In this document: piece after piece, positions 1 through 10,424 of the stretch
How positions within the stretch are numbered: position 1 is the first letter of the stretch
Layout of the letters: every line of letters starts with the position of its first letter
Assembly: GCA_022508535.1 (NCBI GenBank)
Contig: JAFLUZ010000004.1
Span: 18,130 to 82,129, forward strand
Length of the DNA stretch: 64,000 bases
Direction: 5' to 3'
DNA from: Erysipelotrichales bacterium
GTDB taxonomy: Bacteria; Bacillota_I; Bacilli_A; RFN20; CAG-826
The notes under the pieces: model-generated
Seen by the model: only the letters and a program-made list of their open reading frames with translations
Databases searched by the model: none
What the model was told of the DNA's origin: nothing
Translations under genes and position numbers: made by a program

Positions 1-764
1 GTATTGCTATGGGGCAAAGTGGCACGGATGTTGCAAAAGATGCTTCAGATATGATTTTATTAAATGATGATTTTACTTCTCTTGTCGATGCGATATTTGA
101 AGGAAGAAAAGTTTTTCAAAACATTCAAAAAGTAATACAGTTTCTACTTGCAGGAAATGTGGGAGAAATTTTAACTTTGCTATTTGCGATGATTTTAGGT
201 TTCAAATATATGCCAGTTACAGCAATACAAATTTTATGGGTGAATCTTGCCACTGATACATTACCAGCCTTAGCGTTAGGTGTTGATCCTGCAAGTAAAG
301 AGATTTTAAATTCGCGCCCACGTAAAAATGATAGTTTTATGGATAAACCTTTAATTAAAAGGGTGATATTTAATGGCTTTGTAATTGCTATTGCTACATT
401 AATTGTCTATTCAATTGGTTATCGTAGAAATTTATATCTAGGCAAAACTTTTGATGAGGCAAATATTGTTGCGCAAACAATGGCATTCTGTGTTTTAGCT
501 TTCTCGCAATTATTACATTCTTTTAACCAACGTTCAAATATATATTCGATGTTTTCTACCCATAACGGACATAATAAATACTTAATATATTCTTTATTAA
601 TTTCTTTTGTGCTTTTAATGTGTATTTTATTTATTCCATTTTTCCAAAATATTTTCAATTTTACAAATCTGCATCTATCAGAATGGCTATTAGTGGGAGT
701 ATTCTCTCTTCTTCCAATTTTTGTTACAGAACTATTTAAATTGATACGTTATCATAAGGGATAG
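1..764 (+). CDS. C-terminal fragment of a P-type cation-transporting ATPase (type IIA, Ca2+/Mg2+-like). The 5' end lies upstream of the window.
   Basis: Translation from position 3 gives ...IAMGQSGTDVAKDASDMILLNDDFTSLVDAIFEGRKVFQNIQK. This is the conserved hinge and C-terminal TM block of E1-E2 ATPases (GxAMGxxGTDVAKEAADMVLxDDNF), followed by four or five hydrophobic helices. There is no upstream start codon in frame, so the gene continues off the window. Confidence 0.8.
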   Translation, partial: IAMGQSGTDVAKDASDMILLNDDFTSLVDAIFEGRKVFQNIQKVIQFLLAGNVGEILTLLFAMILGFKYMPVTAIQILWVNLATDTLPALALGVDPASKEILNSRPRKNDSFMDKPLIKRVIFNGFVIAIATLIVYSIGYRRNLYLGKTFDEANIVAQTMAFCVLAFSQLLHSFNQRSNIYSMFSTHNGHNKYLIYSLLISFVLLMCILFIPFFQNIFNFTNLHLSEWLLVGVFSLLPIFVTELFKLIRYHKG

Positions 765-812
765 AATATAGTTTACTTATTTGACAAATAATAATTTAAG
801 AGGTAAAACACC

Positions 813-2192
813 ATGACAAAAGATCGATATGAAATAATGATAAATGGTGCAATAAAACCATTAATTATAAAATTAGCCATACCTACTGTTATTTCAATGA
901 TGGTAACAGCGATATATAATTTTGCAGATACTTATTTTGTAAGTAATGTTGAGCATTCGACAGAAGCAATAAGTGCGGTAGGAGTCATATTTTCATTTAT
1001 GGCGATAATCCAGGCGATTGGTTTTTTCTTTGGGCATGGTTCAGGAAACTTTATATCGCGCTTAATTGGAGAAAAAAATATTGATAATGCAAAAGTATAT
1101 GCTGCAGTAGGTTTTTTCCTCTCTTTCTTTTGTGGATTATTGATTACAATTTTTGGATTAATATTTTTAAATCCAATAACAAGATTTTTAACAGCAAATA
1201 AAGATGAATTTGTTTTTAAATATGCGAAAGATTATTTATTTTGGATTCTACTTGGAACGCCTTTTATGTGTAGTTCTAACACACTAAATAATCAATTACG
1301 TTATCAAGGCAATGCCACTCTTGCAATGATAGGAATTACATCTGGTGCAGTATTAAATATATTTTTAGATCCAATTTTTATTAAAGACTATGGTGTTTAT
1401 GGAGCAGGAATATCAACTTTTGTGAGTCAAATACTAGGTTTTTCTTTACTTTTTATAAGCACAACTTTTAAAAATAATATCCATATTCATCTTAAGAATT
1501 TCCGTTTCGATAAAGAAGTATTTAAAAATATTTCTAATGGTGGATTCCCTTCTCTTGCAAGGCAAGGGTTAAATGCTGTATCTATTTTAGTTCTTAATCT
1601 TGTGGCGATTAATTATTCTATTGATGCTTTAGCGGCAATGACTGTAGTAAATCGTATTATGTCTTTTGCCATCTCTATGACCATGGGTATTGGTCAAGGA
1701 TTTCAGCCAGTATGTGGAATCAACTATGGCGCTAAAAAATATAAACGTGTTAAAGAAGGATTTGTTTTTACAGTTATACTTGCTACAGTAGCACTAATTA
1801 TCTTTTCACTTATTTGTATTTTTAAAGGAGAAACTTTAATAAGCTTTTTTGTCAATAAAAATACAAAATTAGAAAGTTTTGATAATTTTATAAAAATAGG
1901 AAAAGAATTATTACTTTATCAATCTTTAGCAATTGTGCTTTTTGGTTTTTCAAATGTTTCAAATATGATGATGCAGACAATGGGGAAATCAGTGCGTGCC
2001 ACAATTTTGGCAATTGGAAGGCAAGCTTTATTTTTTATTCCGACTTTATTTATCATGCAGGCGATACTTGGTTTTAAAGGAATAGAACTAACACAAATGA
2101 TTGCAGATATTTTGTGTTTTGTTGTTGCGGTAATTTTAGTAATTACTGTTTTTAAAGAATTAAAGCAAGAAGAAAATCCATTGAAAAGTTAA
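813..2192 (+). CDS. MATE family efflux transporter
   Basis: 459-aa polytopic membrane protein. The N-terminus (IKLAIPTVISMMVTAIYNFADTYFVS) and overall 12-TM layout are typical of MatE/NorM/DinF transporters. A RBS (AAGAGG) precedes the ATG. Confidence 0.8.
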   Translation: MTKDRYEIMINGAIKPLIIKLAIPTVISMMVTAIYNFADTYFVSNVEHSTEAISAVGVIFSFMAIIQAIGFFFGHGSGNFISRLIGEKNIDNAKVYAAVGFFLSFFCGLLITIFGLIFLNPITRFLTANKDEFVFKYAKDYLFWILLGTPFMCSSNTLNNQLRYQGNATLAMIGITSGAVLNIFLDPIFIKDYGVYGAGISTFVSQILGFSLLFISTTFKNNIHIHLKNFRFDKEVFKNISNGGFPSLARQGLNAVSILVLNLVAINYSIDALAAMTVVNRIMSFAISMTMGIGQGFQPVCGINYGAKKYKRVKEGFVFTVILATVALIIFSLICIFKGETLISFFVNKNTKLESFDNFIKIGKELLLYQSLAIVLFGFSNVSNMMMQTMGKSVRATILAIGRQALFFIPTLFIMQAILGFKGIELTQMIADILCFVVAVILVITVFKELKQEENPLKS

Positions 2193-2265
2193 CAATAAAA
2201 AATATTTTCTTATTTTCTCTCTTGGTTTATAATTAATTAGCAAAAAAGGAGAACAGTAAAATACT

Positions 2266-3390
2266 ATGATAGAAATTAAAGAAGTAACTAATCGCAGGAT
2301 GCTCAAACAATTTATTGATTTTCCTGCTAAGTTATATAAAGATTGTCCATACTTCACTCCATATTTATATGAAGATGAAATAGACAATTTAGTGCCTGGA
2401 AAAAATCCAGCAAGTAAATATTGTGATTTTAAATTATTTATGGCTTATAAAGATGGAAAATTGGTTGGTAGAATTTGTGGAATCCTTAATCACTTTTCTA
2501 ACTCTAAATATAATCAAAAACGTATAAGATTCAATCGTATTGATATGATTGATGATATAGAAGTTACAAAAGCATTAATTAAAGCAGTCGAAGATTTTGG
2601 TAAAGAAAACGGAATGGAAGAAATAAACGGACCATTAGGTTATTCTGATCAAGATAAAGAAGGAATGCTCACTAAAGGATTTGACCAATTAAATACTTTT
2701 ATGACTTTCTATACTCATGAATATTATGTTGAACACATGAAGAAATTAGGCTTTAATGTCGATGTTACATGGAAAGAATACAAGATTTATATTCCAAAAG
2801 AAGTAGATCCTCGCTTAAAGAAAGCTTCTCAATTTGTTCAAAAGAAATACGGGTTCCATTTACAAAAAATTAAATCTAAACGTCAACTAACTAAAGATGT
2901 TATTGTCGAAGTATTAAAATTAACAAATGTATGTTATGCAAATTTATATGGATATGTCCCAATTGATGAAAAGCAAATGATGCATTTAGCAGATCAATAT
3001 ATACCACTTATCAATTTAGATTATCTTAGCTTAGTTCGTGATCAAGATAATAAACTTGTAGCGTATGGTTTAATGATTCCAACACCTGTACGTGCTTTAA
3101 AGAAACATAAAGGACATTTACTCCCAATAGGCTGGATTGACTTCTTATGGGACTTAAAACATGCGAAAGTCTTAGATATGCTTCTTGTTGCTGTTGATCC
3201 TCAATATCAATCAAGTGGTGTAATGTCGATGATTTTTGAACAATGTATTGAAAACGCTCTTAAAAATGGCATTGAGCATGCAGAAACTGGACCAGAACTC
3301 GAGTATAATACAAATGTACAATCTTTGTGGAAAATGTTTGAAACAGAAAATCATAAAGAAAGAGTTTGTTGGTTAAAGAAAATAGACTAA
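2266..3390 (+). CDS. hypothetical cytoplasmic protein, possibly of the roughly 380-aa GNAT-like N-acyltransferase family
   Basis: 374-aa ORF with a strong RBS (AAAAGGAG). The N-terminus MIEIKEVTNRRMLKQFIDFPAKLYKDCPYFTPYLYEDE resembles a widespread family annotated as GNAT-like N-acetyltransferases. That assignment is made from memory and is not verified. Confidence 0.5.
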   Translation: MIEIKEVTNRRMLKQFIDFPAKLYKDCPYFTPYLYEDEIDNLVPGKNPASKYCDFKLFMAYKDGKLVGRICGILNHFSNSKYNQKRIRFNRIDMIDDIEVTKALIKAVEDFGKENGMEEINGPLGYSDQDKEGMLTKGFDQLNTFMTFYTHEYYVEHMKKLGFNVDVTWKEYKIYIPKEVDPRLKKASQFVQKKYGFHLQKIKSKRQLTKDVIVEVLKLTNVCYANLYGYVPIDEKQMMHLADQYIPLINLDYLSLVRDQDNKLVAYGLMIPTPVRALKKHKGHLLPIGWIDFLWDLKHAKVLDMLLVAVDPQYQSSGVMSMIFEQCIENALKNGIEHAETGPELEYNTNVQSLWKMFETENHKERVCWLKKID

Positions 3391-3472
3391 TGAAAATTAA
3401 GCACACTTATGTGTGCTTTTTCTTAACTTTTGTTTTAAAATGCCTATAATAAAATAAGAAAGGAGCGATATT

Positions 3473-4360
3473 ATGTGGAATGTAATCTTAGATGCTTTAT
3501 TGGATAGTTTAAAAGTTTTGGCGTTTATTATTGTATTTTATATAATATTTGCTCTTCTAGAAAAAAAGATTTCGAAAAAAATGGAAAACAATCATAAATT
3601 AAATCCATTTTTAGGCGCACTTTTTGGTTTGATCCCACAATGTGGATTCTCTGTCGTTGCTTCTGATTTATATTTAAAAAGGCATATTACGATGGGAACA
3701 CTTGTGGCAATTTTTATTGCTTGTAGTGATGAAGCTATACCAATTTTTTTAGCAAATCCTAATAAAATATTAATGGTATTGCCATTAATTTTAATAAAAT
3801 TTGTAGTTGGCTTTGTAGTAGGATTTATCATTGACTTTATTTATGTTAAATCAACAAAAGAAGTTAAACACCATCATGATGAGTGTGAGCATGAAGAAGA
3901 ATTACATGTAGGATGTTGTAACCATATAATAGAAGAAGAAAATCACGAAAATAAATTTCATGAATATTTTCTTCATCCTTTAATTCATTCTTTAAAAATA
4001 TTTGCGTATGTTTTGGTTATAAATATTTTATTTAGTTTATTAGTATATTTTGTTAAAGAAGAAAACATTCGATTATTCCTTGAAAATAGTTCATATTTTA
4101 CACCAATTGTCGCGGTAGTGGTTGGACTTATTCCTAATTGTGCAAGCTCGGTTATTTTATCGGATTTATATTTGACAAATTGCATAACATTTGGATCTTG
4201 TGTGGCAGGATTGATTTGTAATGCAGGACTAGGTTTTGTGATTTTATTTAAGAATAAAAGTAATGTAAAAAACAATTTTGTAATATTAGCTATTGTTGCT
4301 TTTGTAGGAATAATTGTTGGTTATATATTAAATCTAATTTTAGGTTTTTCAGTACTATAA
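3473..4360 (+). CDS. internally duplicated membrane protein with a central His/Cys-rich loop. It may be a heavy-metal exporter or sensor, possibly ArsP_2-like (10-TM family).
   Basis: The two halves each carry the motif LIP(Q/N)C(G/A)(F/S)SV(V/I)(A/L)SDLYL, at residues 53-67 and 219-233. The halves are separated by HHHDECEHEEELHVGCCNHIIEEENHENKFHEYFLHP, which is dense in metal ligands. RBS GAAAGGAG. Confidence 0.6.
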   Translation: MWNVILDALLDSLKVLAFIIVFYIIFALLEKKISKKMENNHKLNPFLGALFGLIPQCGFSVVASDLYLKRHITMGTLVAIFIACSDEAIPIFLANPNKILMVLPLILIKFVVGFVVGFIIDFIYVKSTKEVKHHHDECEHEEELHVGCCNHIIEEENHENKFHEYFLHPLIHSLKIFAYVLVINILFSLLVYFVKEENIRLFLENSSYFTPIVAVVVGLIPNCASSVILSDLYLTNCITFGSCVAGLICNAGLGFVILFKNKSNVKNNFVILAIVAFVGIIVGYILNLILGFSVL

Positions 4361-4396
4361 TAAAATATGCTATAATTTTATTTGAAGGTGATAATT

Positions 4397-5587
4397 ATGA
4401 CAACTCTAATTGTTGGTGCTGGTGCAAGTGGACTTGTGTTGGCTATAAAACTCAAATTGAATAATTTAAATCATAAAGTAATTATCATTGATAAAAATAA
4501 TAAACCAGGTCGTAAATTATCCGTAACTGGCAATGGTAAATGTAATATTGGAAACATTAATTTAAGTAGTAATTATTATCGAAATAAAGTTTTTTCGGAT
4601 TTGGTTTTTAATAAGTATGATTTCAAAGCACAATGTGATTTTTTTGAATGTCTTGGAATAAAAACAAAAATGATTCACGAGTTATGTTATCCGTTTTCGG
4701 AATCTGCAAAAACATTTGTAGATTATTTGTATAGTTACGCTCTTGAACAGGGAGTGGAATTTCGATTTGAAGAAGAATTAATTGATTATTTAGTTGAAGA
4801 AAAAAGTATTAAGGCAAAAACTAACAAGAATGTTTATAAAATAGATAATCTTGTTTTTGGAACAGGTGGAAAATCATACTCTAAATTTGGATCTGATGGT
4901 AAAATCTTTGATATTTTAAAATCACATAAATATCAAATAAGCAAAATGTATCCAGGATTATGTCCAATTAAAACAAAAGAAGTTACAAAAATTATATCTG
5001 GCATGAGATTAAAGGCTAATGTTTCGCTTTTATTGGATAATAAAATTTCTTATGAAGAAAATGGCGAAGTATTGTTTAAAGATGATGGATTATCCGGTAT
5101 TGCAATTTTTAATACTAGTTCAATTATTGCAAGAAACATCAATAATTTTAATAACGCTAATATAGTATTGGATTTATTCCCTGACATGACATTAGATGAA
5201 TTAACTAAAGAATTTATGAAAAAATCTGAAGGTAACTATTTTAATATTTTAAAGGGTTATTTTGTTCAAAACGTAGCAAGTTATATTTTAAAAAGAGCAA
5301 ATCTCAATATTGATTTAAAAATTGAGAATAAGAAAGATATAGTTAATTTAGCAAAGATATGTAAGAATTTTGCTTTTACTTATAAAGATTTATATGATTT
5401 TGAAAATGCGCAAGTTACTATTGGTGGTCTATCTATTAATAATTTGGGTAAGTATTTGGAATCGAATATTGAAAATAATGTTTATTTTGTGGGAGAAATT
5501 ATTGATAACGATGGTTTATGTGGTGGATTTAATCTCATGTGGGCATTTGGTAGTGCATTATATTTAGGTGATAATTTATGCAAGTAA
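4397..5587 (+). CDS. HI0933-like NAD(FAD)-utilising flavoprotein (aminoacetone-oxidase-like family)
   Basis: Dinucleotide-binding start TLIVGAGASGLVLAI, then GRKLSVTGNGKCNIGN, and a C-terminal GGFNLMWAFGSALYLG. The ATG at 4397 is preferred because the upstream in-frame ATG at 4382 overlaps the RBS GAAGGTGA. Confidence 0.75.
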   Translation: MTTLIVGAGASGLVLAIKLKLNNLNHKVIIIDKNNKPGRKLSVTGNGKCNIGNINLSSNYYRNKVFSDLVFNKYDFKAQCDFFECLGIKTKMIHELCYPFSESAKTFVDYLYSYALEQGVEFRFEEELIDYLVEEKSIKAKTNKNVYKIDNLVFGTGGKSYSKFGSDGKIFDILKSHKYQISKMYPGLCPIKTKEVTKIISGMRLKANVSLLLDNKISYEENGEVLFKDDGLSGIAIFNTSSIIARNINNFNNANIVLDLFPDMTLDELTKEFMKKSEGNYFNILKGYFVQNVASYILKRANLNIDLKIENKKDIVNLAKICKNFAFTYKDLYDFENAQVTIGGLSINNLGKYLESNIENNVYFVGEIIDNDGLCGGFNLMWAFGSALYLGDNLCK

Positions 5588-7158
5588 TCGTTAATAATGT
5601 TTTTTTAACGCTTCGCGAAGATGAGAGTAAATTTAAAGCTAAGCTATTAAAAATTTTAAAGATTGAAGAAAAAGAGTTGCTGGAATATAAACTTATAAAA
5701 AAAGCGGTAGATGCTAGAAAAAAATCTAATATTATTTTTGTATGCAGTTTTTTGGTTACGCTTCTTGGAGAGCATAAGTTTAATAATCCTAATATAAAGG
5801 ATGTTAATTTTATTGAAGATATAGAAATTGAAGAAATCAAAATGTCTCATCGACCAGTTATTGTTGGTTTTGGACCAGCTGGTATGTTTTTGGGCTTATA
5901 TTTAGCAAGAGCAAATGCTAAACCAATTATAATTGAGCGAGGAAAAAGTATTGATGGACGTTTAAAAGATATTTCTATCTTTAAAGAAAAAGGCGTATTT
6001 GATAAAACATCTAATGTTTGTTTTGGCGAGGGTGGAGCAGGAACTTTTAGCGATGGAAAGTTAAACACAGGAATAAAAGATCCACGCATTAGGTTTTGTT
6101 TAAATGAATTTATTAAGCATGGTGCGCCTGAAGAAATATATTATGAAGCACATCCCCATATTGGTAGCGACAATCTAAGAAATGTTGTAAAAAACATTCG
6201 AGAAGAAATCATCTCTTTAGGTGGAGAGGTTAGATTTGAGCACCAATTAATAGATTTTACAAAAGACAAAAACATAATTGTTAAAATAAAAAATCACGAA
6301 AATGTATACGAATTAGTTACAGATGATTTAATTCTTGCTATTGGACATAGTGCACGAGATACATATAAGATGCTTTATGATAATGGCGTTTTTATGAAGC
6401 CAAAAGACTTTTCAATGGGTGTAAGAATTGAACACTTACAAGAACAAGTTAATTATTCACAATATGGTATAGAATATAAAAATCCTAAACTTCCAGTGGC
6501 TGATTATAAACTTGTAGTACATTTACCAAATAATCGCACTCTTTATTCTTTTTGTATGTGTCCGGGTGGAGAAGTTGTTGCTTCTAATAGTGAAGAAAAT
6601 TCAATTGTTACAAATGGAATGAGTTATTTTAAAAGAGATTTAGATAATGCAAACTCAGCATTACTTGTTAATGTGAGAGTAGATGATTATTATAAGAGTT
6701 CACCACTTGATGGCGTAGATTTTCAAAAAAAATATGAGCAATTAGCGTTTAATTCTAAATATCCTTATTTTGCTCCTATACAACGAGTTGATGATTTTCT
6801 TCAAAACAAGGTTTCAACATCTTTAGGTCGAGTAATTCCTTCGTATAAACCAGGATATTATTTTGCCGCATTAGATACAGTTTTGCCTGATTTTGTAATA
6901 GAATCTTTAAGAATAGGCATCCCTATATTACAAAAGCAATTTCCATTCTTTAAAGACGAAGAGGCAATTATAACTGGTGTTGAAACTAGATCTTCTAGTC
7001 CGATTGTAATTCCGCGTGATGAAAATGGATTCTCAAATATTCCTAATATATATCCATGTGGTGAAGGAGCGTCTTATGCAGGAGGAATCATGTCTGCAGC
7101 AATTGATGGCTTAAGAATAGGAGAATTTATTAGACAAAAATATAAAAAACATAATTAA
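5578..7158 (+). CDS. FAD-dependent dehydrogenase of the COG2509 family, function uncharacterised
   Basis: PVIVGFGPAGMFLGLYLARANAKPIIIERGK...GEGGAGTFSDGKLNTG...CPGGEVVA...GEGASYAGGIMSAA. This is the typical COG2509 layout. It overlaps the preceding flavoprotein gene by 10 nt, so the two are probably co-translated. Confidence 0.7.
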   Translation: MQVIVNNVFLTLREDESKFKAKLLKILKIEEKELLEYKLIKKAVDARKKSNIIFVCSFLVTLLGEHKFNNPNIKDVNFIEDIEIEEIKMSHRPVIVGFGPAGMFLGLYLARANAKPIIIERGKSIDGRLKDISIFKEKGVFDKTSNVCFGEGGAGTFSDGKLNTGIKDPRIRFCLNEFIKHGAPEEIYYEAHPHIGSDNLRNVVKNIREEIISLGGEVRFEHQLIDFTKDKNIIVKIKNHENVYELVTDDLILAIGHSARDTYKMLYDNGVFMKPKDFSMGVRIEHLQEQVNYSQYGIEYKNPKLPVADYKLVVHLPNNRTLYSFCMCPGGEVVASNSEENSIVTNGMSYFKRDLDNANSALLVNVRVDDYYKSSPLDGVDFQKKYEQLAFNSKYPYFAPIQRVDDFLQNKVSTSLGRVIPSYKPGYYFAALDTVLPDFVIESLRIGIPILQKQFPFFKDEEAIITGVETRSSSPIVIPRDENGFSNIPNIYPCGEGASYAGGIMSAAIDGLRIGEFIRQKYKKHN

Positions 7159-7228
7159 TTATCGTATACGATAATAATTCTTTTAAAATAACAATTTAGA
7201 AATTATAATAAAAAAAAGGAGTGAAATA

Positions 7229-8152
7229 ATGAAGCGATTAAAATATTTTGTTTATTTTTTAAAAAATGCTTGGTTTGTTTTGCTCTATAAGTTTTTTAGA
7301 AAAAAGAAAAGTTGCGAACGATTTGTAGGGAAAAAAAATATAACCACAAATTATGGTGATGAAGTCTTATTAGATTATATTAAAAGTAATAAACCTTTTA
7401 TGGCTGTAAGGTACGGAGCGGTAGAATTGTCATGTATCAATAATTTTGAAAAAATAAGATTGGGTTTAAAGAAAAACTACAAAGATATTGTCAAAATGTC
7501 AATGAAAAATAATGCGGGCTTTTTTCCACCTACTGATGAATATTTAAATAGATATTCTAAATTGATGAATGAAATTATGAAAAACACGGACATATTAGGA
7601 ATATCTGGAATACATATGGAAGATTACTTTTATAAACTTCAATGTAGCGATGCAAAAATAATTCAATATTTCTCTTTTGAACCTATAGGAAAGAAATGGC
7701 TATCAGGATTAAATGGTAAAAAAGTTCTTGTTATTTCCCCTTTTAAAGAAGAAATAGAAGAACAGATTAAAAGAAAAGAACATTTAGACGATTTAAAAGA
7801 TATTGATGCGAGTTTTAAAGTTATAAGAGCAGTTCAATCAATTGGTGATGAAGTACCAGACTATTCTACGTGGTTTGATGCGTTAGATCATATGAAAAGT
7901 GAAATTAGTAAAATTGACTTTGATATAGCGCTTGTTGGAGCCGGAGCGTATGGGACACCATTATGCGCCTATATCAAAAGCTTAAATAAGCAAGCGATAC
8001 AAACTGGTGGAGCAACCTCGTTATTATTTGGTATAATAGGATCAAGATGGGAAAAACGAGACTATGTAAAGAATAAAATAAATGAGTTTTGGATTAGACC
8101 ATCAAGTAAACCAAAAGGTTATGAAAAAGTTGAGAAAGGATGTTATTGGTAA
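7229..8152 (+). CDS. putative GT-D/DUF1792-like glycosyltransferase
   Basis: 307-aa cytoplasmic protein. FMAVRYGAVELSCINN ... KVLVISPF ... IALVGAGAYGTPLCAYIK is reminiscent of the DUF1792/GT-D fold in Gram-positive glycan transferases. The assignment is tentative. The gene context is membrane and surface proteins. RBS AAAAGGAG. Confidence 0.4.
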   Translation: MKRLKYFVYFLKNAWFVLLYKFFRKKKSCERFVGKKNITTNYGDEVLLDYIKSNKPFMAVRYGAVELSCINNFEKIRLGLKKNYKDIVKMSMKNNAGFFPPTDEYLNRYSKLMNEIMKNTDILGISGIHMEDYFYKLQCSDAKIIQYFSFEPIGKKWLSGLNGKKVLVISPFKEEIEEQIKRKEHLDDLKDIDASFKVIRAVQSIGDEVPDYSTWFDALDHMKSEISKIDFDIALVGAGAYGTPLCAYIKSLNKQAIQTGGATSLLFGIIGSRWEKRDYVKNKINEFWIRPSSKPKGYEKVEKGCYW

Positions 8153-9501
8153 TGGAAAACGAAGCAAAAGAAAGCATATTTGATGTATTAAAAAATTTAA
8201 TTCCTTTATTTGCGGTAGAAATTGTTCTTTTAACGGTAATGAATTTTGCTAATTTATCTGTAGTATATCGATATTTAGCAATATTCTTAATGATTATTGC
8301 TTTTATGCAAATTATAAAAGTTTTGCCTAAAAGTAGAGCAATTATCCCTCTTTTTATTCAAATAGGTGGATTGCTGCTCTTTGAATTTCTTTCTATTTCG
8401 TTTGGATGGTTTGGTGTTTTTAATACAGCAGTTCAAGGTAGTTTATTTAGTTCTATTTTAATTATTATTTCTATTATATTTGGTGGAGTTGCATTTTACA
8501 TTATTGGTGGATATTATGGATTATTCCATAAAAACAACTTAGATATAACAAAACTAATAGCAGTTTTCTATACAGGTATTGGTATATATGTTCTAATTTG
8601 TTTAATTGCCACAATTTATGGTATGGGAACGGCATTTCATACAATTGTATTTGCTAATCCTAATCGTGAGAATGCTTGGGCATTCGTGAAACTTACACAA
8701 CAAGCACGTATACTTATTGGATTTAACACTGTCTTAAGAGATGATGGTGTATTGATGTTAGGAAATATGGCACTTATTTCTTCAACAGGATTATTGGCGG
8801 TTTTCTTTATAGATAGAAAGAAAAATCCATTATTCTTCTATGGATCACTTATTGGTGGTGCATGTGGTTTAATAACAATTATTTTGTTGCCACTTGTATT
8901 TGACTTAGCAATATTTATTTTCGCATTTGTTTTAGTTACTTTAATTAAACTACCAATTAAACATAAGAAAATTGCATTAATTACATTCTTTGCGGTGTTT
9001 GGCATACTTGCTATTTTATACTTTATATTTAGAATAGACGTACATAACCACGCAGATAAATATAAAGATATGAATTATATTGTTGAAGCATTATTAACAA
9101 GAAAAATTGGTGTCATTTCTAATATAAGTTCCACAAAATTATTAACAAATCATCTACCGGCTTTTGTAGGACCAAGTTATCAAGAAAATATCTATCTTGG
9201 AACAGGAACATTTGTTTTGAATATAGTATATCAAAATGGTATACTCGCGCTATTATGTTTATTGGCTTTCTTCGTTGTGGCTGGAATAGAGTTAGTTAAG
9301 TTTTGTAAAACATATGATAATAATGCTGTAAAAATTATAATGATAAGTTTATTTGTTAGTTATCTTGGAACGATTTTAGTAAATGATATTGGATTCCCAT
9401 TAATAGAAGACTTTGTATTTTTGGGATTATTAGTTTTACTAGGATATGTTACTGCTTATAATATTGAGCATAAAAAAACATTAGAAAGCAAAAATGACTA
9501 A
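8152..9501 (+). CDS. polytopic membrane protein with about 12 TM helices, possibly a polymerase or ligase-like component of the same locus
   Basis: Long hydrophobic ORF. The start at 8152 (TAATG overlap with the upstream gene, RBS AAGGA 9 nt upstream) is preferred over the 8140 ATG, which has no spacer to its RBS. Confidence 0.6.
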   Translation: MENEAKESIFDVLKNLIPLFAVEIVLLTVMNFANLSVVYRYLAIFLMIIAFMQIIKVLPKSRAIIPLFIQIGGLLLFEFLSISFGWFGVFNTAVQGSLFSSILIIISIIFGGVAFYIIGGYYGLFHKNNLDITKLIAVFYTGIGIYVLICLIATIYGMGTAFHTIVFANPNRENAWAFVKLTQQARILIGFNTVLRDDGVLMLGNMALISSTGLLAVFFIDRKKNPLFFYGSLIGGACGLITIILLPLVFDLAIFIFAFVLVTLIKLPIKHKKIALITFFAVFGILAILYFIFRIDVHNHADKYKDMNYIVEALLTRKIGVISNISSTKLLTNHLPAFVGPSYQENIYLGTGTFVLNIVYQNGILALLCLLAFFVVAGIELVKFCKTYDNNAVKIIMISLFVSYLGTILVNDIGFPLIEDFVFLGLLVLLGYVTAYNIEHKKTLESKND

Positions 9502-9542
9502 ATTAAAAGTGTTGTCATTAAAGGCAACACTTTTTAATTGAT

Positions 9543-10412
9543 TTATCTAGACCATTTAGAATAAGGCATTCCAATATCGTATAATTTAACGAATGTTTTA
9601 CCAAGGGAATCATCGTGATTTTTTTCATCATCTATATTGTCATAATACTTAGCGAATGAATTAGAAATTTGTGGGTTTTGTTTTTCTTCTTCGGTTAAGT
9701 CGATTCGTTCATATCTTAGACCAAGCATATTGCATCCTTTTAATATAGAAGTGTTTTCTAATATTTTTGTTAAATCTAAATAGAAGAACTTTGGACCAGC
9801 AACTGATGTTCCAAGATTAGTGTAAAAACTAAATTGATATTCGTCATATTGAAGAGGAAGAGTACCAGTAGGTTTATACAAAGTAAATATTGCGCGCATC
9901 TTTAAAGTTAAATAATTGTGCGTCATATAAAATGTAATACCGCTTGCATTTTCTAATGTTCTATTAAGTTCTAATATGATTCCATCAGAATATATGCCAA
10001 TACGAGAGTTTGATACTGGACCGGCGCAAGATACTTGTCCATCAAAAATTTTAGGGTATCTAGTGGATGTTGGTAATTCAGCATCTTTTTGTAAAGAAGT
10101 ATTTTGTGCATAGCTAAGAATATTATCATAACCATGTGCAAGCTCTGTACCTTTTATATAATCAAAATCAGGTATTACGGATTTATCAGATTCCTCAAAA
10201 AGTTGTTTTTTATCGTTTGATGAATCGAATTCGTGGTTATATATTGGATTATCGAGTTCGTATTTATAACTATTTTTAATACTTGGATTTTTTTTGCTAT
10301 ATGTGAAGTTGATGTCTGGAAAATCAGCAACACTATCATCACATTGTTGCGCATCTCCACCACAACTTGCTAGTAACAACATAGGAATTAAAATAAATAA
10401 TTTCTTTTTCAT
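9543..10412 (-). CDS. lipoprotein, unknown function
   Basis: MKKKLFILIPMLLLASCGGDAQQCDD has the lipobox LLASC. The protein is 289 aa with no recognisable catalytic motif. Confidence 0.6.
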   Translation of the reverse strand: MKKKLFILIPMLLLASCGGDAQQCDDSVADFPDINFTYSKKNPSIKNSYKYELDNPIYNHEFDSSNDKKQLFEESDKSVIPDFDYIKGTELAHGYDNILSYAQNTSLQKDAELPTSTRYPKIFDGQVSCAGPVSNSRIGIYSDGIILELNRTLENASGITFYMTHNYLTLKMRAIFTLYKPTGTLPLQYDEYQFSFYTNLGTSVAGPKFFYLDLTKILENTSILKGCNMLGLRYERIDLTEEEKQNPQISNSFAKYYDNIDDEKNHDDSLGKTFVKLYDIGMPYSKWSR

Positions 10413-10424
10413 AATATTTTCCTC

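Noticed and set aside
419-658. Short antisense ORFs inside large genes (for example 419..658, 3026..3214, 19658..19969, 56585..56842)
   Set aside because: They are typical AT-rich antisense or shadow ORFs without an RBS, and they are fully contained in well-supported genes.
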